Positions 20,359-29,628 are shown, counted from the stretch's first letter. The stretch: 64,000 bases of DNA from Haliovirga abyssi (GCF_030295325.1 NZ_AP027059.1:1048637-1112636), one strand, 5' to 3'. Notes: a model not told the origin generated them from the letters alone. Numbers and translations are program-made.

Positions 20359-20414
20359 TATAAGTTAATATTTTTGAAACAAATTTGCTTATATTAATAT
20401 AGAGGGTGGTGGAA

Positions 20415-20780
20415 ATGAGAAATAGACATAGATGTGGGATGAGAATGAGTGCAAATAAATATTTGATGATGAAAGATTATGAAACTGCATATAATTTATA
20501 TAAGAATATGATTGATGAAAATGGAACCGTTAATGATTATTTAAAATATATATTTATTCTTGTTATGTTAAATAGAAGTTATGAAGCTGTAGAAATCGTA
20601 AATAAAATATTGCCATCTGCTATAAAATGTAAAGGATATGGGCTATTAAAAGAATTAATAAAAGATAATATTGATATAATTAGAGATAGAGGAGATATTA
20701 TAGGAGAAAAAATATTTAAACTTATTTTAGGAGATGGAAAAGATGGAAGTAACAGTTTTGATGGAAAACCTTGTATATAA
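20415..20780 (+). CDS. hypothetical small helical protein
   Basis: 121 aa ORF, ATG 20415 after AGAGGGTGG; no recognisable family. Confidence 0.4.
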   Translation: MRNRHRCGMRMSANKYLMMKDYETAYNLYKNMIDENGTVNDYLKYIFILVMLNRSYEAVEIVNKILPSAIKCKGYGLLKELIKDNIDIIRDRGDIIGEKIFKLILGDGKDGSNSFDGKPCI

Positions 20781-21567
20781 ACAAGGTTTAAAAAGTGAAC
20801 ATGGGTTATCTTTTTTATTAAAATCAGATGATTTGAAAATAATTTTTGATACAGGGCAAACAGGAGATTTTATATGTAACGCTATTGCATTAGGAGAAAA
20901 TTTAAAAAATGTTGATTATGTAGTTTTAAGTCATGGTCATTATGATCATACAGGTGGATTAAAAAGATTTTTAGATATAAATAAAACTGCAAAAATAATT
21001 ATGAAAAAAGAGGCGTTAGAAGAAAAATATTCGAATTCAACTGGGAAAATAAGACCAATAGGATTTGAATTAAAAGATAGTTATATGAATTATGATAATG
21101 AATTTATATTTGTAGATGGTTTTTATGATATTAATAAAAATATTAGAGTAATTGGAGATATAAAAAAATATACTGATTATGAAGATGATGAAAAAAAACT
21201 GTTTATAAAAAAAGATGAAGAATTTATAAAAGATAGTTTTAAAGATGAACTATTTTTAGTTGAAAAAAATGATAATAATAAAAAAATAGACATTATAACA
21301 GGATGTTCTCATAATGGGATTATAAATATTATAAAAACTGCAAAATATAATTTTGAGGATTATAAAATAAATTCAGTTATTGGAGGAACACATTTAAAAG
21401 GAAAATCAAGCGATAGAATAGAAAAAACTATAAAAGCATTAGAAAAATTAGAAATAAATAAAATTGGAGTTAATCATTGCACAGGTATTGATAGTTATAC
21501 AATTTTAAAATCAAAATTAGGCGATAATATTTTTTACGCATATACAGGATTAAAAATAAATTTATAG
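20743..21567 (+). CDS. MBL-fold metallo-hydrolase
   Basis: HGHYDHTGG (HxHxDH) metallo-beta-lactamase motif; ATG 20743 preferred over 20734 on SD spacing. Confidence 0.8.
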   Translation: MEVTVLMENLVYKQGLKSEHGLSFLLKSDDLKIIFDTGQTGDFICNAIALGENLKNVDYVVLSHGHYDHTGGLKRFLDINKTAKIIMKKEALEEKYSNSTGKIRPIGFELKDSYMNYDNEFIFVDGFYDINKNIRVIGDIKKYTDYEDDEKKLFIKKDEEFIKDSFKDELFLVEKNDNNKKIDIITGCSHNGIINIIKTAKYNFEDYKINSVIGGTHLKGKSSDRIEKTIKALEKLEINKIGVNHCTGIDSYTILKSKLGDNIFYAYTGLKINL

Positions 21568-21577
21568 GAGGATTAAA

Positions 21578-22813
21578 ATGGCAGAACAACAAGTAAATAA
21601 TGATCAAGCAATGCAAGATATGAGATTAAAAGCAAATGTAGAAAAAATCAAACATAAAATTGTGGTAATGAGTGGAAAAGGTGGAGTTGGAAAATCTACT
21701 GTTGCTACAAATATAGCTTATGGATTAGCATTAGAAGGGAAAAAAGTTGGGCTTTTAGATGCAGATGTACATGGACCAAATATTCCATTAATGTTAGGTA
21801 TTGAAGGAAAAAAGATTGCTAATTTAGCAGAGCCATATCAAGTACATGAAAATTTAAAAGTTGTTTCTTTGAGCTTTTATGTGGGAAGTTCTGATGATCC
21901 GATTATTTGGAGAGGTCCTGCAAAAACAGGAGCAATAAAACAACTTTTAGCTGATGTAAATTGGGGCGACTTAGATTATATGGTAGTTGATTTGCCACCA
22001 GGAACAGGAGATGAACCATTAACAATAGCTCAAAATATTGGAAAAGTAGATGGAACTGTAATAGTAACAACACCACAAAATGTAGCATTACTTGATTCAA
22101 GAAAGTCAGTGAAATTTTCAAAATTATTAAATATGCCTATACTTGGTATAGTAGAAAATATGAGCGGATTTATTTGCCCTCATTGTGGAGAAAGAGTAGA
22201 TATATTTAAATCTGGTGGAGGAGAAGCTGCTGCAAAAGAGTTAGGTGTGAATTTCTTAGGGAAAATACCAATGGATCCAGCTATTGTTGAAGCAGGAGAT
22301 AGTGGGAAACCGTTTATCTATTTTAATAACGGAGGAATTGCAGCTGGTATATTTACAGGAATTGTAGATGAATTAATAACTAAATCTGAAGGAAAAACAA
22401 CTGAAAAGAAAGAAGAAGAAAAAACAGGAAATAGTGGAGGAGAAAAAATTATGAGAATAGCATTTCCAACAAATGATAGAGTTAATGTAGAAGAACATTT
22501 TGGACATTGTAAAGAGTTTGCTATATTTGAGGTAGAAGCTGGGAAAATATTAAAAACTGAATTTATAACACCACCACCACACGAACCTGGAGTGCTACCT
22601 AAATTTTTACATGAAGAGAAAGTTAATATAATAATTACTGGAGGAATGGGTCAAAGGGCTGTAGATATATTTCATTCTAATGAGATTGATGTTATATTGG
22701 GAGCAAGTGGAAGTATGGAAGATGTGTTAAATGAATATTTAGGCGGAGATCTATATTCTAAAGGATCGGCATGTAATCATGATCATGATGATGACCACGA
22801 ATGTAATCACTAA
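21578..22813 (+). CDS. Mrp/NBP35 (ApbC-like) Fe-S cluster carrier ATPase fused to a C-terminal NifX/NifB-like (FeMo-cofactor-binding fold) domain with His/Cys-rich tail
   Basis: N-terminal [16 protein letters not shown]-loop and CPHCG motif of Mrp; C-terminal [10 protein letters not shown]...[13 protein letters not shown]; tail [13 protein letters not shown]. Confidence 0.8.
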   Translation: MAEQQVNNDQAMQDMRLKANVEKIKHKIVVMSGKGGVGKSTVATNIAYGLALEGKKVGLLDADVHGPNIPLMLGIEGKKIANLAEPYQVHENLKVVSLSFYVGSSDDPIIWRGPAKTGAIKQLLADVNWGDLDYMVVDLPPGTGDEPLTIAQNIGKVDGTVIVTTPQNVALLDSRKSVKFSKLLNMPILGIVENMSGFICPHCGERVDIFKSGGGEAAAKELGVNFLGKIPMDPAIVEAGDSGKPFIYFNNGGIAAGIFTGIVDELITKSEGKTTEKKEEEKTGNSGGEKIMRIAFPTNDRVNVEEHFGHCKEFAIFEVEAGKILKTEFITPPPHEPGVLPKFLHEEKVNIIITGGMGQRAVDIFHSNEIDVILGASGSMEDVLNEYLGGDLYSKGSACNHDHDDDHECNH

Positions 22814-22833
22814 AATTAAGTTTAACTTATATG

Positions 22834-22851
22834 AAACCGAGAAATCGGTTT
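22834..22851 (+). terminator. short hairpin AAACCGA-gaaa-TCGGTTT after the Mrp-NifX gene (weak terminator)
   Basis: 7-bp stem followed by TATATAAG. Confidence 0.35.
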
Positions 22852-22853
22852 TA

Positions 22854-22898
22854 TATAAGTGCTGAAATTTTGCAAATCAAAATATTAGCACTTATAAT
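22854..22898 (+). promoter_or_regulatory. promoter TTGCAA-17-TATAAT (22870-22898) embedded in a 10-bp inverted repeat TATAAGTGCT...AGCACTTATA (candidate operator)
   Basis: Left arm 22854-22863, right arm 22887-22896 overlapping the -10 hexamer 22893-22898. Confidence 0.5.
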
Positions 22899-22951
22899 GA
22901 AATATTTGCCTGGTTTTAAGGGCAAAAACTATGAAATGGAGGTTGATTAAA

Positions 22952-23299
22952 ATGAGAGGAAACAGAAGAGGACCATTAAATGAAGGTCCAATGACAGGAA
23001 GAGGATTAGGATTATGTAGCGGGAGTGAAACTACTGGATATGTAAAAGAAGGCGGTAGATTGGGATTAGGATTAGGTAGAAGAAATGGAGCAGGAATGGT
23101 TGGAGGCTTTGGAAGAAGAGGCGGAAACGTTGGAGCAGGAAGAGGCTTTGGATTTAGAGGCAGAGGATATGGATATGAAAATTATTCTGCACCTGCTATT
23201 AATGAAACAGAATATTTAAAAGAAGAAGAAAAAGTTTTAAGAGCAAACTTAGATGCTATTTCTAAAAGATTGGAAGAATTAGAAAAAAATAGTAAATAA
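22952..23299 (+). CDS. DUF5320-like Gly/Arg-repeat protein with C-terminal coiled coil
   Basis: N-terminus MRGNRRGPLNEGPMTGRGLGLCSGS followed by GRG/GLG repeats; SD GGAGG 22937-22941 to ATG 22952; ORF-track start 22931 rejected. Confidence 0.65.
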   Translation: MRGNRRGPLNEGPMTGRGLGLCSGSETTGYVKEGGRLGLGLGRRNGAGMVGGFGRRGGNVGAGRGFGFRGRGYGYENYSAPAINETEYLKEEEKVLRANLDAISKRLEELEKNSK

Positions 23300-23333
23300 T
23301 TTAACTATGAAAATCAGTAAAACGTACCAGAAG

Positions 23334-23369
23334 ATTGGTGTGTTTGATATGAGATTCAAACACACCAAT
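23334..23369 (+). terminator. perfect 14-bp stem hairpin ATTGGTGTGTTTGA-tatgagat-TCAAACACACCAAT (terminator/attenuator or operator upstream of the TDT transporter)
   Basis: Read directly; 35 nt after the DUF5320 stop, 43 nt before the next ATG. Confidence 0.5.
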
Positions 23370-23411
23370 TATATTAATTAAAATGAAATATTAATTTGGA
23401 GGAAAAATAAA

Positions 23412-24482
23412 ATGGAGAAAAAAGTAATAAAGAATTTTAGCCCTTCTTGGTTTGCGGTGGTTATGAGTACAGGAATTATACCAATTGATTTATGTTTGGC
23501 AAAATCAAGCGTCCCTTTTTATTCTACTTTAGCAAAAATATTTTTTGTTTTATCAACATTAGTATTTGTTGCATTATTTATACCATGGATTATTAGATTT
23601 TTTACAAATATGGATGAGATAAAAAAAGATTTAAGACATCCTGTATTGGGGAGCTTTTTCCCAACAGTTGCAATAGCAACTTTGATATTAGCAATTGATT
23701 TTTTAAGAATAGGAGAATCCTTTTTAGGAAAAGAGTTAGCTTTAAAAATAGCATTAATTCTTTTTGTAATAGGTACAATCGGTGTATTTTTATTTGGATT
23801 TATTATATTACCACTAACTTATATTAGTGATAATATAAATTTACAACATGCTAATTTTGGCTGGTTTATACCGCCGGTTTCTCATCTTATAATTGCTGTT
23901 GTAGGGCTTGATTTAGTTCCACATTATAAAAATACAGTTTTAGGAAATAATATTTTTATAATATCTTTAATTGGAGCAGGAATAGGTATGTTTTTATATT
24001 TATTTGTGGGTGCAATTGTATATCATAGATATATTTATCATGAAATGCCAATGCCTAAATTGGCCTCAACATTTTTTATAGGCATGTCTCCAACAGCTAT
24101 TTTAACAATTATATTGGTAAAATTAGTTGCAGCTTCTAAATTTGTAAGTTATAATATAAATGTTGGAGCAATAAGTTCAGTTTCTAAAGTTTTGGGTATT
24201 GCATTTTGGGGATTTAGTATATGGTGGTTTATTATTTCGTTGATAGTTTTAGTTCATCATATTAAATCAAAACAATTACCTTATGCTTTAAGTTGGTGGG
24301 CTTTTATATTTCCAATTGGTGCTTTAGGTGTGTCTACTGGAGCGATTAATAAATTGGTGCATTTCAAATATTTTATATATTTTTTAAATGGGATAGATAT
24401 TGTACTGTTAGCAATGTGGCTATTTATAGGAATAAAAACCATAAAAGGCATAGTCAATGGAACTGTTTTTGAGGCGCATTAA
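23412..24482 (+). CDS. TDT-family (TehA/Mae1-like) C4-dicarboxylate/malic acid transporter
   Basis: 356 aa, about 10 TM; N-terminal SWFAVVMSTGII motif resembling the TDT signature. Confidence 0.6.
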   Translation: MEKKVIKNFSPSWFAVVMSTGIIPIDLCLAKSSVPFYSTLAKIFFVLSTLVFVALFIPWIIRFFTNMDEIKKDLRHPVLGSFFPTVAIATLILAIDFLRIGESFLGKELALKIALILFVIGTIGVFLFGFIILPLTYISDNINLQHANFGWFIPPVSHLIIAVVGLDLVPHYKNTVLGNNIFIISLIGAGIGMFLYLFVGAIVYHRYIYHEMPMPKLASTFFIGMSPTAILTIILVKLVAASKFVSYNINVGAISSVSKVLGIAFWGFSIWWFIISLIVLVHHIKSKQLPYALSWWAFIFPIGALGVSTGAINKLVHFKYFIYFLNGIDIVLLAMWLFIGIKTIKGIVNGTVFEAH

Positions 24483-24503
24483 ATAATAAAATAGGAGTGG
24501 ATT

Positions 24504-25379
24504 ATGAAAACATATGTAGAATGTATTCCGTGTATAATTAATCAAGGTATAAAAATAGGTAGAAGATTAGATATTAAAGATGAAAAAATAGAAGAGATGG
24601 TAAGAGAATTAATGGACCATTTAAAAGGAGAAAATTTTAATAAAACTCCGGCAGAATTAGCAAAATATTCATATAAGATAATAAACAAGTATATGATGAC
24701 AAATGACCCATATAAAGAGATAAAAAAATATTATAATGAAAGTATGTTAAAATTAGTTCCAGAAATAAAAAATATAATTAATAACTCTGGTAATAGATTT
24801 GAAATAGCTATGAAAATAGCTGTACTAGGAAATATAATAGATTTTGGTTCAAAGCATAAATTTTCTGAAAATGATATAATAAAAAAAGTTAGAGATATAG
24901 GAAATAGCTATTTTGCGATTGATGATAGTAAAAAGTTATATGATAAATTAAGAGTATCAAAAACTTTACTATATATTGGAGATAACTGTGGAGAAATAGT
25001 TTTTGATAAAATATTTATCGAATATATAAAATTTTCTTTTCCTAATTTAAAAATTTATTATGGAGTAAGAGGTGAACCTGTAATTAATGATGTTACTATA
25101 GTAGATGCAAAAGATGTAAATATGGAAGAAGTAGCAGAAGTTATAGACAATGGAGATAATTCTCCAGGAACAGTATTAAATAATATATCTGGAAAATTTA
25201 AAGATTTATTATTTAATTCAGATTTAGTAATTTCAAAAGGACAAGGCAATTATGAAACTTTAAATGAAATTAATAGAGATGATGTTTTTCTATTATTTAT
25301 GGCAAAATGTGATGTTGTGTCAAAAGAATTAGGGGTAAAGAATATGAGCTTTATTTGTAAAAAAATAGATAATATTTAA
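24504..25379 (+). CDS. DUF89/ARMT1-like (damage-control phosphatase family) protein
   Basis: 291 aa; N-terminal ECIPCIINQG Cys motif typical of DUF89 subfamily. Confidence 0.5.
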   Translation: MKTYVECIPCIINQGIKIGRRLDIKDEKIEEMVRELMDHLKGENFNKTPAELAKYSYKIINKYMMTNDPYKEIKKYYNESMLKLVPEIKNIINNSGNRFEIAMKIAVLGNIIDFGSKHKFSENDIIKKVRDIGNSYFAIDDSKKLYDKLRVSKTLLYIGDNCGEIVFDKIFIEYIKFSFPNLKIYYGVRGEPVINDVTIVDAKDVNMEEVAEVIDNGDNSPGTVLNNISGKFKDLLFNSDLVISKGQGNYETLNEINRDDVFLLFMAKCDVVSKELGVKNMSFICKKIDNI

Positions 25380-25454
25380 AAATAAAAAGCTTTTAATATA
25401 TATTAATATATGCTAATATATACGCATATAAAATAAAAATAGGAGGATTTAAAA

Positions 25455-25829
25455 ATGAGAATAGCAATAACAGCAAAAGGTGAAGGATTAAAATCAATGG
25501 TAGATGACAGATTTGGAAGATGTGAGAATTTTGTAATATTTGATACAGAAACAAAAGAAACAACTACAGTAGATAACGATGCAAAAAATGAAAGTGGAGG
25601 AGCAGGAGGAAAAGCTGTAAGAATTTTATCTTTAAATAAGGTGGATGTAGTTATAGCTCCTGAATTGGGACCAAAAGCAACTGAAGGATTAAAAGCTTTT
25701 GAAATAAAAGCCTATAAAAAAGGAAATAGTGCTACAGTAGAGGAAGCTATTAATAATTATAATGAAAATAAACTTGAAGAAATTAAATTTTCTACAGTAG
25801 AAGAACATAGTGGACTTAGAAAAGCTTAA
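25455..25829 (+). CDS. NifX/NifB-like (dinitrogenase FeMo-cofactor-binding fold) domain protein
   Basis: 124 aa; MRIAITAKGEGL...DDRFGRCENFVIFDTE core motif of the family. Confidence 0.75.
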   Translation: MRIAITAKGEGLKSMVDDRFGRCENFVIFDTETKETTTVDNDAKNESGGAGGKAVRILSLNKVDVVIAPELGPKATEGLKAFEIKAYKKGNSATVEEAINNYNENKLEEIKFSTVEEHSGLRKA

Positions 25830-25948
25830 AAGAAAGAATAATTGATAATAGAAAATTAATTATGAGGAAAATGAGAAGATAGAAATATAAAATTAGGTGC
25901 TTATAATTTTATATTTAATTAAGGGTCAGATAAACGAGTGCTTACTAT

Positions 25949-25991
25949 TTTCCTATAAAAAAATATCGTTTATGTATTTTTTTATAGGAAA
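25949..25991. promoter_or_regulatory. perfect 16-bp inverted repeat TTTCCTATAAAAAAAT-(11)-ATTTTTTTATAGGAAA upstream of the first MinD-ferredoxin ATPase gene
   Basis: Arms 25949-25964 and 25976-25991; 57 nt upstream of ATG 26048. Confidence 0.5.
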
Positions 25992-26047
25992 CCTTTAGTA
26001 AGCTATTGTTTTATGAGCGCTAAATTATAAAAGAGAGGTAGAAAAAA

Positions 26048-26887
26048 ATGAGAATAGCTGTTTTAAGTGGAAAAGGTGGAACAGGGAAAACAACAATATC
26101 TACTAATTTATCTATAAATATAGAAAATTCTATGTTGATTGATACTGATGTAGAGGAACCAAATTCACATATTTTTTTGAAACCAAATATAACTGAAACA
26201 AAAAGTGTGAAAGTTGAGTACCCTGTTGTAGATAATGAAAAATGTACTTTATGTGGAAAATGTGGAGATTTTTGTAATTTTAATGCAATAATACCAGCTA
26301 AAAATACAGTTTTAGTATTTCAAGAGAGTTGTCATTCATGTGGTGGATGCAAAATGGTTTGTCCAACTGGGGCGATAACATATTCTAAAAGAGAAATTGG
26401 TAAAATATATGAAGGCGATACTAAATTTGGTATTAAGATGAAATATGGAGAGCTAAATTTAGGTGAAATGTCAGGTGTAAAAATTATAGAAGAATTAAAA
26501 GAGATTACTAAAAATGAAGATATTGTAATAATTGATTCTCCACCTGGTACTTCTTGTTCAACTGTTGCTGCAGTAGAAGATGTTGATTATGCAATAGTGG
26601 TTACAGAGCCTACTCCTTTTGGTGTAAGTGATATGAAAATGGTAGTAGAAATGTTAAGAGAAATGAAAATTCCATTTAGTGTATTTATTAATAAAGCTGG
26701 TTTAGGTGATAATGAAGTTTATGAATATTGTGAAGATGAAAAAATTAAAATTATAGGCGAGGTACTTTTTGATAAGAAAATTGCTGAATATTATTCTGAA
26801 GGGATTCCGTTTTCAACAAAAATTCCTAAATATAAGAAGTTGTTTAATGATATTTTTGAAGAAATTTATATGGAATTTAGAAAATAA
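26048..26887 (+). CDS. MinD/ParA-superfamily P-loop ATPase with inserted 2x[4Fe-4S] ferredoxin domain (COG1149-like)
   Basis: MRIAVLSGKGGTGKTT deviant Walker A; CTLCGKCGDFC and CHSCGGCKMVCP ferredoxin motifs. Confidence 0.85.
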   Translation: MRIAVLSGKGGTGKTTISTNLSINIENSMLIDTDVEEPNSHIFLKPNITETKSVKVEYPVVDNEKCTLCGKCGDFCNFNAIIPAKNTVLVFQESCHSCGGCKMVCPTGAITYSKREIGKIYEGDTKFGIKMKYGELNLGEMSGVKIIEELKEITKNEDIVIIDSPPGTSCSTVAAVEDVDYAIVVTEPTPFGVSDMKMVVEMLREMKIPFSVFINKAGLGDNEVYEYCEDEKIKIIGEVLFDKKIAEYYSEGIPFSTKIPKYKKLFNDIFEEIYMEFRK

Positions 26888-27171
26888 TGGATATTTATAA
26901 AAAATATTTAGAAGCTATAAAAATACTTGAATTACCTTTGAAGTTTAATTTGAAAATTTTAAAGAAAAGATATAAAGATATGATTAAAATGTATCATCCT
27001 GATTTGAATAATGATGAAGAGATGGAATTGAAAATTCATGAAATAAAAGAAGCTTATGAAATTCTTTTGAGTTATTTTGAAAATTATAAATTAAATTTTG
27101 AAAAAGATAATTTTAAACTTTCTCCAAAAGAATTATATGAGAAAAAATTAATGAATGATTGGAAAATTTAA
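26887..27171 (+). CDS. stand-alone J-domain (DnaJ-like) protein
   Basis: 94 aa; J-domain helix II/III with invariant HPD (KMYHPDLNNDEE); ATGA-coupled to upstream ATPase. Confidence 0.7.
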   Translation: MDIYKKYLEAIKILELPLKFNLKILKKRYKDMIKMYHPDLNNDEEMELKIHEIKEAYEILLSYFENYKLNFEKDNFKLSPKELYEKKLMNDWKI

Positions 27172-27236
27172 AAATATTGTTTTTGAATTATTTTTTTAAA
27201 AACAGAAATGAGAAAATATAAAGGAAGGTTTTTAAA

Positions 27237-28097
27237 ATGGATATTAATGAAATAGTTATAATTTCAGGAAAAGGTGGGACAGGAAAGACAACATTAACAG
27301 CATCGTTAATACCTTATTTTGAAGAGTTAGTTGTTGGAGATTGTGATGTTGACGCTCCTGATTTAAAAATTCTTTTTGAAGGTGATAATATTACTAAAGA
27401 AGGATTTGTAGGTACTAAAAAAGCTATTATTAATGAAGAAAAATGTATAAAATGTGGAAAATGTTATAGAGCTTGTACTTTTGGAGCAATAACAAAAGAG
27501 ATAAAAATGAACACTCCTAAATGTGAAGGTTGTGGAGTTTGTGAATATGTTTGCCCAGTTGGAGCAATAGAATTAAAAGATGCTGTAGTAGGGAATTTGT
27601 TTGTTTCGAATACCAATTATGGAAAAATGGTTCATGCGAGATTAATACCTGGAGAGGAAACATCGGGAAAATTAGTTTCTGCAGTTAGAAAAAGAGCTAA
27701 AAAAATAGCTTTAGAAGAAAATAAAAAAAATATTATAATAGATGGAGCTCCTGGTGTGGCTTGTAACGTAATTTCATCAATAACAGGAGCAAAAAAAGTA
27801 GTAATTGTAACTGAACCAACTTTTTCAGGATTGCATGATTTAGAAAGAGTATATGAAGTGACTCAAAAATTTAGATTGCCAGTTTTAGTTGTTATTAATA
27901 AGTATGATCTGTCTATAGAAATGAGTAATAAAATAGAAGAATTTTGTAAAGAAAAGAATATAGAGTTAGGATTAAAAATACCTTTTAATAAAAAAATGGT
28001 AAAAGCGATTGTAGATAAAAAAATTCCTTCATTAGCTGAAAAAGAATTTTTTGACAGTTTCGGATTTGGAGAGTTTATTGAGAAGTTGAAAAAATAG
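27237..28097 (+). CDS. MinD/ParA-superfamily P-loop ATPase with inserted 2x[4Fe-4S] ferredoxin domain (second paralog)
   Basis: IISGKGGTGKTT; CIKCGKCYRAC and CEGCGVCEYVCP. Confidence 0.85.
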   Translation: MDINEIVIISGKGGTGKTTLTASLIPYFEELVVGDCDVDAPDLKILFEGDNITKEGFVGTKKAIINEEKCIKCGKCYRACTFGAITKEIKMNTPKCEGCGVCEYVCPVGAIELKDAVVGNLFVSNTNYGKMVHARLIPGEETSGKLVSAVRKRAKKIALEENKKNIIIDGAPGVACNVISSITGAKKVVIVTEPTFSGLHDLERVYEVTQKFRLPVLVVINKYDLSIEMSNKIEEFCKEKNIELGLKIPFNKKMVKAIVDKKIPSLAEKEFFDSFGFGEFIEKLKK

Positions 28098-28114
28098 AAA
28101 AAGGAGTGAAAAAA

Positions 28115-28414
28115 ATGCCTTGGATAAAAACAAATGAATGTAAAGGATGTGCTAAATGCATATCAGTATGTCCAGTTAATGCAATTTCAATGATAGATTC
28201 AAAAGCTGTAATAGATCAAAAAAAATGTATTAATTGTGGTGCTTGTTTAACTGTGTGCCCATTTGATATTATTAGACCAAATTCTGAAAATCCTGAATTG
28301 AAAGGTTTAGGAAATGGAAGAGGAGGCGGTCGTGGAAGAACTGGTGGCGGATTAGGCGGACAGGGTTCTGGACTTGGAAACGGCGGCGGAAGAGGTATGG
28401 GACGTGGCAGATAA
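28115..28414 (+). CDS. 2x[4Fe-4S] ferredoxin with C-terminal Gly/Arg-rich low-complexity tail
   Basis: CKGCAKCISVCP and CINCGACLTVCP; tail GNGRGGGRGRTGGGLGGQGSGLGNGGGRGMGRGR; SD AAGGAG 28101-28106, ATG 28115. Confidence 0.8.
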   Translation: MPWIKTNECKGCAKCISVCPVNAISMIDSKAVIDQKKCINCGACLTVCPFDIIRPNSENPELKGLGNGRGGGRGRTGGGLGGQGSGLGNGGGRGMGRGR

Positions 28415-29627
28415 AAAATCAATTAGATTAACTTATATTAGCTTTGGATGGCATAGTTTTTTTCTTGCGCTTACTATGTCAATGATAGATTTTAATACTG
28501 TTTTTCCATCATTGATTTCAGAATTATCTAAATCAAAACTTATATTTGGAGCATTATATGCAATTTTGCTAGGTGCTCCAAATATTTTCAATATGATTTT
28601 TAGTCATCATATGAGAAAACATCATTATAAAAAGAAATATTTGCTTTTAGGAATTTATATGAGAGGATTTTCCTTTTTAGGGATGTCTTTATCAGTAATA
28701 TTTTTTGCGAAAAGTAATCCAATGTTAGCTATTACTCTTTTTTTCTTGTGGATATTTATATTTTCAGCAAGTGCAGGATTTGCAGGAATAGCTTATTCTA
28801 ATTTAATAGCAAAACTATTATCTACGCATGAAAGAGGTCAATTTTATGCAACAAAACAATTTGTAGGAAGTACAGCAAGTATTATTGGTGGAATAGTTAT
28901 AGGAAAAATATTTAAAAATAGTGGTTTTGCGTATCCTTATAATTATGGGATAGCTTTATTCATAGGATTTGCGGGATTAGTAATTGCTTCTTTGGGGTTT
29001 TATGCTATAAAAGAACCGTCTTCAGAAATTGAAACAGATGATTATAATTTTTTAGAATTTTTAAAGCAAGTACCAGAGATTTTAAGAAATAATAGAAAAT
29101 TTTTAAATTTTATTATAGTAGAAAATATAAGTAGTTTCTCTTTGATGATATTACCATTTTATATGGTATTTGCTAAAGATAAATTAGGAGTTGGAAAAAA
29201 TTATATAGGAAAATATTTAATGTTTCAAATTTCAGGAATGGTAATTTCAAATTTGATTTGGGGATATTTCATTAAAAGAAAAGGTACAAAAAAGATGACT
29301 GGAGATTGTATTATTATAGGAGCAATATTACCAATTTTAGCAATTATATTATCAAATTTTGGAGCAAATATTTATTCATTTTTATTTTTCATAATAGGTT
29401 TCGTAATGAGTGGAAGAAGAATAACTTTTGAGCCATATTTATTAGATATAATTCCTTCAAATAGAAGAGTTACATTTTTAGGAATTAGAGGAACATTAAA
29501 TATTTTAATGATAATATTACCTTTAATTGGAGCAACTGTAATAAAATTCTTTGGATATTATACAGCATTTTTAATAGTATCTGGAGTTATGTTTTTTGCA
29601 TATTATTTATTGAGAAAGGAGAATTAA
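28374..29627 (+). CDS. MFS transporter (12 TM); true start probably downstream (GTG 28404) of the ORF-track ATG
   Basis: Hydrophobicity pattern and length; 5' end overlaps the ferredoxin tail in another frame. Confidence 0.7.
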   Translation: METAAEEVWDVADKKSIRLTYISFGWHSFFLALTMSMIDFNTVFPSLISELSKSKLIFGALYAILLGAPNIFNMIFSHHMRKHHYKKKYLLLGIYMRGFSFLGMSLSVIFFAKSNPMLAITLFFLWIFIFSASAGFAGIAYSNLIAKLLSTHERGQFYATKQFVGSTASIIGGIVIGKIFKNSGFAYPYNYGIALFIGFAGLVIASLGFYAIKEPSSEIETDDYNFLEFLKQVPEILRNNRKFLNFIIVENISSFSLMILPFYMVFAKDKLGVGKNYIGKYLMFQISGMVISNLIWGYFIKRKGTKKMTGDCIIIGAILPILAIILSNFGANIYSFLFFIIGFVMSGRRITFEPYLLDIIPSNRRVTFLGIRGTLNILMIILPLIGATVIKFFGYYTAFLIVSGVMFFAYYLLRKEN

Positions 29628-29628
29628 T

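Noticed and set aside
20374-20390. Sigma54 promoter TGAAAC-N5-TTGCT downstream of the sigma54-type activator locus
   Set aside because: Spacing fits -24/-12 but the near-invariant GG dinucleotide is GA. It is kept only as a note in the findings.
28216-28422. Pro-rich 68-aa reverse ORF
   Set aside because: It is the complement of the GGN-rich Gly/Arg tail of the ferredoxin gene. It is a compositional artefact.
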